Assembly: GCA_963693365.1 (NCBI GenBank)
Contig: CAVNZM010000006.1
Span: 186,001 to 250,000, forward strand
Reading direction: 5' to 3'
Origin: Amoebidium appalachense
Lineage: Eukaryota > Protista > Ichthyosporea
Length of the DNA: 64,000 nt
This document shows, one piece after another, positions 1 through 48,959 of this stretch. Numbering within the stretch: position 1 is the stretch's first letter; every line of letters begins with the position of its first letter. Position numbers and translations under genes: made by a program. The notes beneath the pieces were generated by a model that was not told the origin of the DNA, did not search any database, and worked only from the letters and a program-made list of their open reading frames with translations.

Positions 1-72
1 CCCCCCCCCCCCCCGGCGTCCCCACCCACCTACCCATCCCCGCGATGCCAGCTGACGGCCTTGGCCGTACAG

Positions 73-5864
<5,792 letters not shown>

Positions 5865-6799
5865 GCACCCACACAGCCACAGCCACATGCAGGGTGGAAA
5901 TATGGCGCCATGTGTTCTGCATCCCCCACCCTGCCCAGCCCGGTGTTGCCGGCCCTGCCAACTCGACCCTTCAACCCCTCTGATGCCCCACCGTGACGGG
6001 GCATTCTTCTGGAAAGCATGTGTGCAGGAGTGATGTATGTCGTAGTTGGGGGATGGTTGTAGTCAGGATTGGCTGGCGTATATGTTTTTGCTGCCGGGTG
6101 AACTAATTTTGGACTGCCAGTTTGAGTGCTGCTTTGGCATGGGGGCTGTTGTAAGCATGTTTTTTGTCACCTTTGTTTGCATATGAGCTGGGGGTGCATG
6201 GCTGGACCGTGCCCGTAGCCCTGAACATAACTTCCTGTGTGCATAGGGAGCCGTCTTGTACAGTACGTGTGTCCCCACGGGCACAAATAAAGACATAAGC
6301 TGGTGCAGGCCACCAGCCCGTTTACTAACAAGTGTATAGCTATCATGTGCCCAGCCGGTTGAATATGCTGCATGCGCATGATCATGACCGAGTCGTGTGT
6401 ACGACCGATGGCACGATCACATCACTCGTCAAGACGTCAGCTACCGGTTGGAGTCAACAACAGCCAGTGTCTTCAAAGTGATGTCAATGCATGCTGGTTG
6501 CATACCAACATGCATACTAAATCATTAATTGAGTATGTGGCCCAGGCCCCGAACGACTGATCATGGCCAATCATGTTCGCTGATGGCCACCACACACATC
6601 CACCAATGTTCGACAGCCGGTTGAACCATTGCCATCCAACCACCAACAACAACTTATCACGTGGCGGGATCCGGGTCAGCTCCATTAATTTACAACGTCC
6701 CCATTCACTTCACCCGGCAAGACCCTAATTGTGTGGCATGCAACTGTTTTGGAATTCCAGGCAAAGACAGGGAGGCAAACCTCTGTCAACCCAACCGCG

Positions 6800-6905
6800 A
6801 GGTGACGTCGGTGACGGCCTGAGCCCGCTGAAGTCACGTGACCAGTGGTTACGGCTGGACCAATCAGCGCATTTCAGTGTTTTTCTTGTGATCAGCCAAT
6901 CAGAT
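6800..6905 (+). promoter_or_regulatory. Probable Rab2 promoter: TGACGT (CRE-like), palindromic GTCACGTGAC E-box (6833-6842), two CCAATCA boxes (6860, 6896)
   Basis: Motif cluster in microsatellite-free intergenic DNA ~500-600 bp upstream of the Rab2 ATG; a 5'-UTR intron acceptor (ctaac...ttgacag) sits just before the ATG. Confidence 0.45.
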
Positions 6906-7403
6906 CCGGCGGCTCTTTGCTGTTTGAATTTTTGAGTCAACTTGGCTGCGTTTTCTCTAAACTACGTTTTGGTAGTGGTGGCTAAGAGGAAAGGGTCTAA
7001 GAGGAAGATCTTATTATTAAGGAACTTGCTTGTCGCAGTATCTTTTACTGAGTTTTGTTATACATTAGGACAGGAAAAAGCTGTGGAGCATCAACACGAC
7101 GCACGGAACCACACAGGCCACTAGGTTGGTGTTTTGAAATTTTTCTCGCCCAGTTTACGTTCATTGAAACGATTGAAGTGTTGACCATTGAGTACTGCAT
7201 AAAGATTGGAGCAAAGAACAACAGATGGCGTGTAGTTTTGAGAGTGAGCGACAGTAGCCGTGCACGTACTTCTTAAAAAGCAAAGAACATGTTCTCAAGA
7301 GAGTGTCCTTCTGTATAGTCCTTGTATGATTGTTGTGAGAGCATCCTCGAGTGTCGTTCCATGCAGTGAACCTAACACTTTCTCCCTTTGACAGAACGAC
7401 AAG

Positions 7404-12295
<4,892 letters not shown>

Positions 12296-12369
12296 GCCCC
12301 TATACAGCGTGTCCGTGCATATCTGCACGTATAGTAGCTTATACAACATGCACACACACACACACACAC

Positions 12370-12417
<48 letters not shown>

Positions 12418-12834
12418 GTGAACACACAGACTTATAACCGTATGTGCCATACAGAACATCGAAATAAACACGGGCCACTATGCCCGCCACTTTCCATTAC
12501 TGTGTGCAGCCTGCTGCCACCCGTTCAGTGTTTCAATATGACGGCCAGCCGCCATGCCTCTACCTGTCCCCTGGCAGTGTGTTCTAGTGGGGGTCTGTGT
12601 CGGCCCCTTTCCTCTTCTTGGCCCCACTGGGTGACGGGCTACGCCACCGCTTGTGCCTGCACACCCCCGCGTTAGTGTGTGTGTGCACAAGGGCTGTGTT
12701 GGGCATCCATTCCTCCATTTCTGATCCGGGCTGCCCCATTACTCGATCCTCGAGGCATCGGGTATCGAGAGGCCCACAAATAAATACCTGTTTGACTACC
12801 AGCAGATCATCTCGCAAACAGGATGCACGTGATG

Positions 12835-13012
12835 TATCTGCATGTGCATGCACGTGCTGGCCTGTGTGTGCACTAACCTACGTGTGTGCATGTGCATGCG
12901 CATGCACGTGCTTGCCTGTGTTCACTAACCTACGTGTGTGCCTGTGCATGCACGTGCTTGCCTGTGTCCACTAACCTACGTGTGTGCATGTGCATGCACG
13001 TGCTTGCCTGTG
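12835..13012. repeat. Degenerate ~40-46 bp tandem repeat, ~4 copies (TGCATGCACGTGCTTGCCTGTGT..CACTAACCTACGTGTGTG)
   Basis: Visible tandem units between the convergent 3' ends of Rab2 and JMJD6. Confidence 0.8.
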
Positions 13013-13327
13013 TGGTTGCTACCTTACGCCGTCGTCCGACGTGCAACCGTTGGTGCCCTCCTCGTGTCTGTGGCCGTTTGCTGCCCCCACCCAATCAGCA
13101 ACCCCACCCCCCTGAGATTATGATGCACACAGCCTGCCCCGCATATGCAAAACCGGCATACCGGCACTCACATGCGTGCTAAGGCACACATGCCTACCAG
13201 CCCACCTGCTTGGATGTGTGCGCACGTGTATCTGCTGATAGGGAACACTTGCAATGGGTGCATACACGACGTTAAACCCACACACCCCTCCCTCTCCCTC
13301 CCCCCCCCCCCCCCCCCCACACACACA

Positions 13328-21086
<7,759 letters not shown>

Positions 21087-21587
21087 GCTGCCCTGTCACC
21101 TATAAGGGGGTAGGTTGCACACACACAGAGTATATAAAGTATATAATTACACAGGATTAGAGGATGAAAGGATGGCCTCTCAAGCTTGCATGGAAGGCTT
21201 GCCACGGTCCGAGAATTTCCCGCCTTTTCCGATCGATGTGCCAGAACTTTCCCTGAACTGCCCCAGCGGGCCAAGACAAGGAGTGTGCTAATAATAGCAC
21301 TTGAACTAGGCGGATATACCTAAATATAAAATGGTGCTGGCCCATGGGTCACGCAATCTTTGCGCTGTTGCCTTTTATAGCACCTGCCTTCGGCCTTATT
21401 GGTGCACAGTCACGAAACGGTGAGCCCAAAATCTCATACCCCGGTGAGTTGCTAACCCAGCCAACCCAGCCAACCCGCGTTTTTTTTTTCCCCTATTTCT
21501 TCAAAGTTTAGCTTTGCAGAACAGAGTTTTGTGGGCCTAGGCTTGTACTGTATAGGCACAGGAAACCCTTCTTGTTCCCCACCGACC

Positions 21588-23183
21588 ATGGCCGAATACT
21601 ACGACCTGGGCACATATACACGGGCCGTCAGCACGGCGAGCAGCGAGGCGGCGCTGTGGGCCAACCGAGGGCTTGTATGGCTGTATGGGTTCCACCACGG
21701 TGAGAGTGTGCTGTGCTTCCAGCGCGCAACAGCCCTCGACCCTGAGTGTGTGTTTGCCCACTGGGGGGTGGCCTATGCGCTAGGCCCCAACTACAACAAC
21801 CCGGGCATGGACGCAGACGCAGTCGAGACGGCCCTGAAACACACTGCACGTGCACTTGCGCTGGTGGAGGCAGGTGGGGGGTCGGACGTGGAGAAGGCGC
21901 TGGTGCGTGCGCTGCAGCACAGATACAGCGACCCCATGCCCTGCGACCACAGTGCCCTCAACACGACATATGCTGACGCTATGAGGGAGGTCTACAGGCA
22001 GCACGCACAGGATCCGGACGTAGCGTGTCTGTTTGGCGAGGCCCTGATGAACCTTAGGCCGTGGAGGCTATGGGAAGACGGGCAGATGGCCCCCGGCACA
22101 GCCGAGATACTCGCCACACTAGAGGCCGGCCTGGCCCTGCTGCCCAGCCACCCCGGGCTGTGCCACATGTATGTGCACGCAGTGGAAATGGGCCCCGACC
22201 CGGGCAAGGGCCTAGCTGCTGCCGACCAGCTGCGCGGGCTTGTGCCTGCGGCCGGGCACCTCCTGCACATGGCCTCCCATATCGACATACTGCTGGGCCA
22301 CTACAGAGACGCTGTGCAGGCAAACATTACCGCCGTGCGCGCGGACGCACTCTACTTCGAGAAGGAGGGCCCACGAAACTTCTACACGCTGTACCGCTGC
22401 CACAACCAGCACTTTGTTGTGTATGCGGCCATGTTCACTGGCCAGGAGCACGTGGCTATGTCTGCCGCACGTGAGCTGCTCACGACCATACCGGATGACT
22501 ATTTGCGTGCAGACATGGCCGACTGGCTCGAGTCCTTCTTCACCCTTCCATGGCATGTGCTCATACGTTTTGGCCGCTGGGAAGCCATCCTCTCCGAGCC
22601 CCTGCCTGCCGACCGCACTCTCTACTGCGCCACCACGTGCACCGCCCACTATGCACGTGCTGTGGCCCTGGCCAACCTGCAGAGACCGGCAGAGGCCCGG
22701 GCGGAGCTGCAGCTATTAATAGACACATATGCGGCACTGCCGGCCAGCCGCACGCTCTTCAACAACACGTGCAGGGACATACTGGCCGTGGCCGTTGCCA
22801 TGGCAACAGGTGAGGTCAGGTACAAGGGGGGAGACGTGGAGGGCGGCCTGGAGGCATTGAGGAGGGCTGTGGTGTTGGATGACGGCCTGCCTTATGATGA
22901 GCCCTGGGGGTGGATGCAGCCGGCCAGGCACGCCCTAGGTGCGCTATTATTAGACCAGGGGGCATATGATGAGGCAGAGGGGGTGTATGGGGAGGATTTG
23001 AGGCGGCATCCCCATAACCTGTGGGCGCTACATGGGCTGGCCGAGTGCATAGAGCACAGGCTGGGGGCAGACCACCAAGATACAAGAAGGGTATGGGGGG
23101 CATACAGAGAGGCGGCGGTGGACTCCGAAGTCGAGGTGGGGGCCTCGTGCTTCTGCCGCACAAAGAAGAGGTGCTGCAGCTAG
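21588..23183 (+). CDS. Intronless TPR-containing protein (531 aa) of an uncharacterised bacterial/fungal family with conserved His motifs
   Basis: Single uninterrupted GC-rich ORF from ACCATGG; motifs YYDLG.Y.R.VST, YGFHHGE, AHWGVAYALGPNYN, HPGLCHMYVH, GHLLHMASHID, YDEPWGWMQPARHALGALLL and C-terminal ASCFCR. Family recognised from memory. Confidence 0.88.
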   Translation: MAEYYDLGTYTRAVSTASSEAALWANRGLVWLYGFHHGESVLCFQRATALDPECVFAHWGVAYALGPNYNNPGMDADAVETALKHTARALALVEAGGGSDVEKALVRALQHRYSDPMPCDHSALNTTYADAMREVYRQHAQDPDVACLFGEALMNLRPWRLWEDGQMAPGTAEILATLEAGLALLPSHPGLCHMYVHAVEMGPDPGKGLAAADQLRGLVPAAGHLLHMASHIDILLGHYRDAVQANITAVRADALYFEKEGPRNFYTLYRCHNQHFVVYAAMFTGQEHVAMSAARELLTTIPDDYLRADMADWLESFFTLPWHVLIRFGRWEAILSEPLPADRTLYCATTCTAHYARAVALANLQRPAEARAELQLLIDTYAALPASRTLFNNTCRDILAVAVAMATGEVRYKGGDVEGGLEALRRAVVLDDGLPYDEPWGWMQPARHALGALLLDQGAYDEAEGVYGEDLRRHPHNLWALHGLAECIEHRLGADHQDTRRVWGAYREAAVDSEVEVGASCFCRTKKRCCS

Positions 23184-23464
23184 GTGGGGTTGGTTTTGGT
23201 TTTAATTTTTTGATACCCATGCGCTGTTTTATTGGTGTTTATTTATATATATATACGCAGGTTCTTCTGGTGTGTGTGTTTGTTGCGCAGGGGTGGGAGG
23301 GGGAAAGGGGAGGGGGGGGGGGGGGGGGGGAGGAGGGGGAGTAGCAGTGGTATTCTTCGTATATAGTAATGTCTTGTCCGTTGACAAACAAGTAGCTTCT
23401 GTGCTCTTTGTTTGATTTATTGTTCAGAAACAGCCCAGCATGCACCACCACCACCCGCCCCCCT

Positions 23465-23506
<42 letters not shown>

Positions 23507-24174
23507 AAATTTTTTTTTTGGCTAGACGACATGTAATGGTAGCATAGTATAACAAAGATTCTTTTCCAGCAGTTTTTTTTATTGCGTGTTGAGCCAGGGG
23601 GCAGGGCCCCTTGTGAGTTGTTTGGGTGGCCAGCACCCCACCATAGTTTTTATCTGGCTTGCCATTACGGGCACAATGTGTGCTCATTTTAACCACAATG
23701 TGTGCCAAATTAACGGGCACACGTACCATGCACTATATGTAGCCACATACGTCGTAATTCCCAGCAAATAATGGCCACGGGCAGCCCACGGCCAATAGTG
23801 TGCACACTGTGCAGCAGACTAAGTTATTAGAAGTACAGAGATTATTAGATGTACAGAGACCGCCGGACAGCCGCAAACCCCCCCCCCCCCCCCTCCCACC
23901 CACCCTTCCCCAAACGGCACCTCCCTCCCTCCCCCCCCCTCGACACCCCAAGAAGTAGGCTTTCTTTCAGCCTCACTCCCTGCATCGCCTGCATGGACCC
24001 CAGAGGTCTTGCCTCAATGCATATTCCGCCGCCTTCAACCCGCTGCCTGTCCGATTGCTCTCACACGACAACGTGCTGCTCTCCACCCCCCTTCAGTCTC
24101 AGCCACTAGCACGTGTGCACGTGTGCAGGGTGGGTGGCCATGTGGGTGCAATAGTGCACGTGCATGGGCTCTTG

Positions 24175-24955
24175 CTATTGGAGGATGCTGGCCAATAGGC
24201 TGTTGGCTACGTCTGCAGGCCCATCGCCAACCACCACAAGATCGAAGGCGGCAAGGTGCCGATCAAGATGCGTCTGTGTGGGGGGGGGGGGGGGGGGGAG
24301 GGAGGGGGGGGGATCAGACTAGATTGTCGGCCTTTAATATGTCATGCACAAGGTTAAGCGCTGTGGCCTTTCAATTGCCTGAGGTTGTCTATGATCCCAC
24401 CTATCTGTGTGCATCTGTACCTCACGAATGCTTTCCTTTCCGGTTTCTTTTTCTGTGATAACTTGGTTAACATGTTACATTAGGCTACTGTGTTTGGTGG
24501 TTTATGCACCTGGTCTTTGTCGTTGTAGAAGCCCACGTTCAACACCACATCATGCGGTATGCCATCGGCCATCTGAAGGTCCCCTGGGGGGGTGGACAGA
24601 CGTCAGTGCAGGAAACGATTTTCTTTTCTTTTTTCTCTTTTTTTTTCTTCTCTTTTCTTCTTCGTTTCTTTTTCTTTCAATTTTCTTTTCTTTTTTTTTT
24701 TTTTTTTTTGGGGGGGGGGGGGTAAGATAAAATTTGTCCCCCATTTCTCTCCCTCAAACAGTGTTGCCCTATGCCCTTCTCTTTCCTGCCGTCAGACCCC
24801 AATTGGAGGTTGCTGCAGCGCCCTCATCCCCCCCCCCCCTCTCTCCCTCCCCCTTTCCCCCCGTCCCCCTCTCCCCTGCGCTTTCCTTTCTTACCAGGTC
24901 AGTTACTCCACCAAGTCAGTTTGTTCACTTACCTCATGGGTCAACCTGCCTTTCA

Positions 24956-24994
<39 letters not shown>

Positions 24995-25264
24995 ACACCA
25001 CCACCCCCCTCCCTCCCTCCCTTCCCCCCTCCCCTTCCCCCCCCCCCCCCCACCCACCCACCAACCCTCACTCCCACCCTCCCTCCTCTCCCCCAAACCC
25101 CCCCCCCCTCCCCCCCCTTGCCCCCCATGTCCGTACCCAGGGAGTCACCCAGCAGAATAACGTTTTTGCGTTCATGGATCTCTTTTGCATAGGCGGTGCC
25201 CTCGATGGCAGTCTCCTTCTTGTTGAACGAGTGGATGAGTGGGCCCACAAACCCAACAAGACGC

Positions 25265-25305
<41 letters not shown>

Positions 25306-25529
25306 GCGTGTGCGTGTGCGTGTGCGCGCGCGCGCGCGCGCGTGTGTGTGTGTGTGTTTGTGTGTTTGTGTGTGTGTGCGCGCGCTCGCGCGCGCGTGCG
25401 TGCGCGTGAATGTGCGTGCCTTCATGTGCTTGCGTGTGTGCTCATGTGTGTGCGTATGTGACCAGGCGCGCTCGTGCATATGTTTGTCAGTATGGGTTTA
25501 TAAATTTTTGTGTGCATCTGTGTGTGTGT

Positions 25530-25575
<46 letters not shown>

Positions 25576-26844
25576 GGGGGGGGGGGAGGGGGGGAGGGGG
25601 GGAGGGGGGGGGGGGGGGGGGAGGAGGGGGGAGTCCTAATACTTCAAACTCTCATGCAACGATGAGAAGCACTGCACCGACATGTCCACAATAGGAACCG
25701 TCAGAAAGTCTTTTTCTTTCCCCTTCCGAATCGTTTTGGGGGCTACCCACCACCGTCATCAAACCGCATGTAGTTGGAGATCACGTGCACATTGCCATAA
25801 ATGGAGATCTGTTGCTGCCGCAGAATCTCCTCTATCACGTCTGACGTGGGGAAGGGGGGGGGGGGGGAGGGGGGGTCAGTAAACTAGTCACCCGACCAAG
25901 CAACTACCCCAACTACCCATTATCGATGTTAGTTCTCAAGATATGGAGAGGATTTAACCCTCCCCCCACCCCCCCCACCCACCCCCACCCCCCCCCTCCC
26001 TCCCTCCCTTCCCCTTTCCCCCAAACACACACACACAACACCGCCACCATCACCACCATTCCTCTCATGCACCCCACGCTAACACGTTCCCCCTCCCCCC
26101 CCCCCCCCCCCCAAAAAAAAGGGGGGGGGGGGAAACACCTCACCTTGTCCACAACTCTATTTGCTTTGTTTCTTCAATAATACTCTGTTTCACTCTTCGG
26201 ATGTTTGTGAGCATGAGCATTTATGTGCGTCCTGACCCACCCCACACGTGCAAGCAGGGAGGGAGGGAGGGGGGGGGGGGGGGGGATTAGGCAAGTACCT
26301 CCCAGGCCCGCAGAGAATATCAGCACTGGTACTGAGTGGTGGTGGAGAGACTCGAAGAATGAAACAAAGCCGGAACGTAGCCTGCAGCCACACAGTAGTG
26401 TGAACACATAGATGGGGGGGCATGCCTTATCCAAAAAAAAAAAGGAAGAAGGAAAGATAGAAAGAAACGATCGTAGGAAGGAAAGGAAGGAAGAAGAAAC
26501 GTGGCAGAAGGGCACAAGGATGGAAGGAACAAGAAAATAGGAAAAGTATATGCTATTGCTTGCACCATGTGCTTCGTTTTTGTGTTCTCTCTTCTTCTCT
26601 TCTTTTCTTTCTTTCGTTTATTTCTTCTTTTGTGTGTGTCTGAGGGGGGGGGGAGGGGGGGGGGGGGAGGGGGGGGGGGGGGGAGGGCTACGGTGTGGCA
26701 ACGCGGCGAACCATTTCTGGAAACTGGTTTTTGTTGATGCCACAGCGAATGAAGACTTCGTGCGTGCGATCCCACCTGTGTATTGCGGTGTGTGTGAGCG
26801 TGTGGATGTGGGTTTGGAAATGCAGGGGGGGAAGGGGGGGGAGG

Positions 26845-26876
<32 letters not shown>

Positions 26877-27403
26877 GGGGTTGAAGTCTAAAAACAGAAA
26901 ATCTACAGTTCAGAAACGGTAAGTTGTTGTGCTCCTTGAGCAATCGGAATACAATGTTTACCGTTGGTATGTTATCGGGCGCCTGCGGGGTGGGTCTTGT
27001 CACAGTGCCCGGGTGTGTGTGTGTGCGCGTTTCTGTCTGTCTCTGTGTTTCGTGTGTGTGTCTGTGCGTGTGTTTGGAGGCGCGCGTGTGTGTGTGCGTG
27101 TGTTTGGAGGTGTGTGCATGTGCGTGCGTGTGTTTGGAGGTGAATGTGCATGAGTGCGTGTGTGCGTGTGGGTGTGTGTGAGTGTGGGCGTACGTGCCTG
27201 CCTGTGTGCGTGCGTGTGTGCGCCGGGGGGGGGGGGGGGGGGGGAGGGGGGGGGGAGGGGGGGGGGGGGGGTCATTACCATTCGACCATCAGGCGGCACT
27301 TCTCACTGAAGTCCATATTTGGGTCGCTGTACTTGGGGCCATAAAAGGCAACCATTTCAACTATCTCCCTCTCGGCCTCTGTGCACATCTGTCACTGGCA
27401 ATC

Positions 27404-27446
<43 letters not shown>

Positions 27447-27563
27447 ACCACCACCACCACCCAACCCTCCTCCGCTCTACTTCCTTCCTCTCAAACACCT
27501 CCTCTATCTCTCTCTCTCTCTCCCCCCCCCCCCCCCTCCTCCCCCTCCACCTCCCCCCCCCCC

Positions 27564-27594
<31 letters not shown>

Positions 27595-28723
27595 AACAAG
27601 ATCCATCCTACACACCAACCTCCACCGCTGCTCACGATCCCACTTAACCACCCAGCCAGATCATCAAAAACTTATTTCCTTTGGACATTATTAACTCCAA
27701 TAGATTATTTCCTCCGTTTCCCTCCCCACTCCCCCCTCCCCTCCCCCCCCCCGGCTCTGGGATTTCGCTCCCCACCTCCCTCCCCCCGGTCTATCCCCTG
27801 CCCCGCACTCCTCTCCCATCCCTCTGACCCCGGAAGAACGGAAGACTACACCATCTTTACTGAAAACCTTATTCTCCTCGCCTCCGTGTTGCCTGACGCA
27901 GTGCATGCTGCGAGCAGTACCGATCACCACTCACACCTGGCCTGTATTCTTTCCTCTTGATTTCAAAAAGCCCTCACTGTGTTCCCCGGCCTTGGCAACT
28001 CTTTCCCAATTTTTCACCCGCCCACAGCCAACCCCCGCAGATCCACAGCGCAGCACATGCACTCACCCTCGCCCAGGAACCCCGACCTCCGTATCAGGTC
28101 GTGTGTGTTTGGTGTCGTCACCCCATCTACCTGCCTCCCACCCGTCCCTTCAGTCGCACCACCACTGCTGCCATATGGGACCCTCATCCAAACAAGTACC
28201 ATGCACGCGCAAGATGTGATTGTCGGGGCATATTGCAAAGCTGCGGATTGCCAAGTCTTCTGAGGTAGAGGGCACCGCGCAGTGCTGAGACAAACAGAGT
28301 GTGGGGAGAAAGCTGTGGGCGGCAGGTCGGGAAGAAATTCGGGGGCCATACCCTCTCTTTTGTTATGGTGGGTGTAGTGGTGGGAAGGGGAAGGGAGGGG
28401 GCGTGGGGGGGGAGGAAGCAAGGGGCGGGGGAGTACCACACCTGTGCACGTGTGACTGTCTGGTCAAAGTCGGTGATGACCTGCAGTGCAGCCGCACCCC
28501 CCTCCTTCAGTTTCTGCAACTTAGCCTCCAGCCCCTCTCTGTCTCTGACCAGCACGTCTGGCCCCCACTGTGGGGCCATATTGCTGGCTGTGGTCATACT
28601 TCTTACACACACAGACGGGATAGGGAGGAGGAAGGTGGGGCGGGTGTTGTGGGCAGAACAGCTCAGCCTGGTGAGGGTGCGCAGCACAAGTGGTCCAAGC
28701 ACGCGCATACTAATGAGTCGCAT
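24175..28723 (-). CDS. NT5C3: 5'-nucleotidase III (pyrimidine/m7GMP nucleotidase, HAD family); exons (minus) 28723 (or 28597)-28442, 28130-28067, 27378-27279, 26775-26692, 26381-26299, 25840-~25751, 25265-25137, 24583-24510, 24273-24175
   Basis: [10 protein letters not shown] (HAD motif I), [58 protein letters not shown]; all GT-AG and in phase. The start codon is ambiguous. Confidence 0.93.
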
Positions 28724-29173
28724 GCCGTGCTATGTCCTATATCGATAATACATGGCCTATGGCATGGCATTGCCTACTATGTATGGATGCACTCCTAACA
28801 TGTGGCCCCTCTAGCTTCAACATTCGGATTCGAAGTGTGCGGGGACTTTCACGGTGTGTGAGGAAAAAGGCGGCCAGATCTCAAGATCTATGTTTATCCA
28901 TATATGGTACCTACAACAGATATTTGATTTGCCAATAGAAAAGGTGGCTCACAATATCACCAATCAAATACCAGAGTTCTGGCGATTGGCTGCAACGAGT
29001 CCAACACTACAGTTCAACTCCATGATCAGCACATTTCTGAGCACAAGTCCGTCAGCCTCAGGACTGTTTGGTGTTTTTGGTTTTGCTTTTGTATCTGTTT
29101 ATGCCTGCAAGATCATCACCCATACACGCATAACATAAGGTGACGTGTGATAGCTCCATTCTGCTTGAGAGCT

Positions 29174-38758
<9,585 letters not shown>

Positions 38759-38762
<4 letters not shown>

Positions 38763-39150
38763 TTGGTCCAAACACCCATACTGGACGTTGTGATTGGTCT
38801 ACACACCCACATACTTCTGTTTGCTACCCGCTGGCGTGATGATTACACCTATGGCATTGATTGGTCCACACACCCATACTGGACGTTGTGATTGGTCCAC
38901 ACACCCACATACTTCTGTTTGCTACCCGCTGGCGTGATGATTACACCTATGGCATTGATTGGTCCACACACCCATACTGGACGTTGTGATTGGTCCACAC
39001 ACCCACACACTTCTGTTTGCTACCCACTGGCGTGATGATTACACCTATGGCATTGATTGGTCCACACACCCATACTGGACGTTGTGATTGGTCCACACAC
39101 CCACACATTTCTGTTTGCTACCCACTGGCGTGATGATTACACCTATGGCA
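38759..39150. repeat. 98-bp tandem repeat x4 beginning at the F-box gene stop codon
   Basis: GATTGGTCCA unit starts at 38761, 38859, 38957 and 39055; units are near-identical, each with two ATTGG motifs. Confidence 0.93.
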
Positions 39151-39927
39151 ACAAACCATATGCATGCAAAGGTCACACGCCTACACATGCTGCATCCCGT
39201 ATGCCGTAGACCCCTTCAGTCCGCCAGCATGCACACACAAGTACTTGGGCTCGCATTGGCACACATGGATACGTGTTCTTGGCATTGTTGTAAAGGGATC
39301 CTACAGCGTGCCATGGTGTGTTCATTTCATTGTTTCTGAAGCGGGTTACCCAAACACAGGCCTATGCGCGATAATCCAAGCGAGCATGTGGGCCCCACCA
39401 GCACACAACCCCCCAATGTACTGTTTGCACATTGCACGTGTACAGTCTGGTGCTGGCGGCCAGTGGCCGCTATTATTAGAATATTCGTCAAAGTTGGATG
39501 CATTCATTCGGTGTGGGCCAGCCACATGTTATTTTGAGCCCGTGCATCTATAAATAGCACCAAGTTGGGCCGACATATTGTGCTTACACAGCGCGCCCCA
39601 GGCAGCGCCCATCTGTCGTATCTAAATGGTCCGTGCATGAAAATCACCTCCCCCCCCCCTCCTCCCTCCGGGGGTCGGCCAACCCCCCCAAACACTGCCA
39701 CATGGCGCCAAGCCATGGCCTGTCCATTCGCTACAATTAAGCGATTCGTCGACTTCATTGATGCGATAATACATGCAACACGTGCACACACGCAACACGT
39801 GCACACACGCAACACGTGCACACACGCAACACGTGCACACACGCAACACGTGCACACATGCATGCCGAGGCAATATGAAACTATCATTCATAATCATCAT
39901 TTCACCGCCTTCATACACACCACCTTC

Positions 39928-47767
<7,840 letters not shown>

Positions 47768-48537
47768 GCACTGTCCCCTGCAGGTGCCCTGTGTCGCACG
47801 TGCACAAGGTGTAAGCTCCGTGTGCCTGCCTAAATACTGGATGCCTGGTCTGCACTTGCGTGTGTTGCGTGCGGGTCTACCTTCGAGCAGGCGGGAGGCC
47901 GCATATACCTCATATACCCACGCTCGTGACTGCAGGCTTGTCACCTGAGCCTGGCACAGGCTGAGCTCGAGCTGGGGCAAGTTGCGACGGTTAGGCGGCA
48001 AATCAGAGAAACGAGGGAGATTGTTTGATTGGATGCTTCTGGGTTTTATAGCTACTTATTCGATACATAAATTTTTAAAAAGGTTTCCTGTCATACGTGT
48101 CATGCATATGTTTTAGCTCATGAACAACTCCAGCCGACACACACAAGCCACTTACACAACCCAGATAAGAAGGGGGTTTACAACACAGCTGCCTCCTCAT
48201 TCTCTGCACAGCACGCAGACTGGTAGGGTATACGTAGGCCTGTATAGGGGCAGTGCCTGGTGGGGGTCAAGCGATGAAGTCCACGATGATTTACTTTCAC
48301 GGGCGGCCCCTGCAATATGTTGCAATTACCAATTGACGTTGAGCACTACTTACTGCTCTATGTGGGCATGCCATTCTCTGTCATCTTGCAGTGTAGCTGC
48401 CCTTCATGCATATGGGGGTGGGAGGTATCCGAAACTTTGCAAAGGGAAGGGAGAAGGGAGAAGGGAAACTCGGTGTAGATCTGGAGAAGTTTTGTGTGGG
48501 TGTGGGTGTGTGTGTGTGTGGTTGTGTGTGTGTGTGA

Positions 48538-48583
<46 letters not shown>

Positions 48584-48959
48584 GTGTGTGCGTGTGTGTG
48601 TGTGTATGTGCGTGACTGTGTGTGCGTGTGTGACTGTGTGTGTGTGTGTGTGTGTATCTGGGTGGGTGGGTGTGTATGTTGTCATACAGTGTGTGTTTGT
48701 GTTTGTGTGTGCGTGTGTATGCGCGCACGTGCGTGTGTTTTGTATGCACGTGCACGTGTATGTGCGCGCGACGGTTTGTATGGTTGTGTGCAGCGTAGTG
48801 GGTGTGCTCGCATGTGTCTGTGTGCGTTTGTTTGTGCGTTTCCGTGTGCACGTGCGTGTCCGTGTGTGTGTGTGCAGTATGTGCGTAGTTGAGTGTTTGT
48901 GTGTGTGTGCAGTGACCGTGAAGGCCCAACAATATCAGCAGGATTAATTTGATCCGAGC

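Noticed and set aside
21531-21587. GTG start for the TPR gene given by the ORF track
   Set aside because: Eukaryotic locus; the ATG at 21588 has good context (ACCATGG) and precedes the first conserved motif.
26911-28260. Candidate extra NT5C3 exons at 26911-26994, 27820-27940 and 28197-28260
   Set aside because: Not needed for a colinear NT5C3 alignment; they introduce stops or unalignable sequence.
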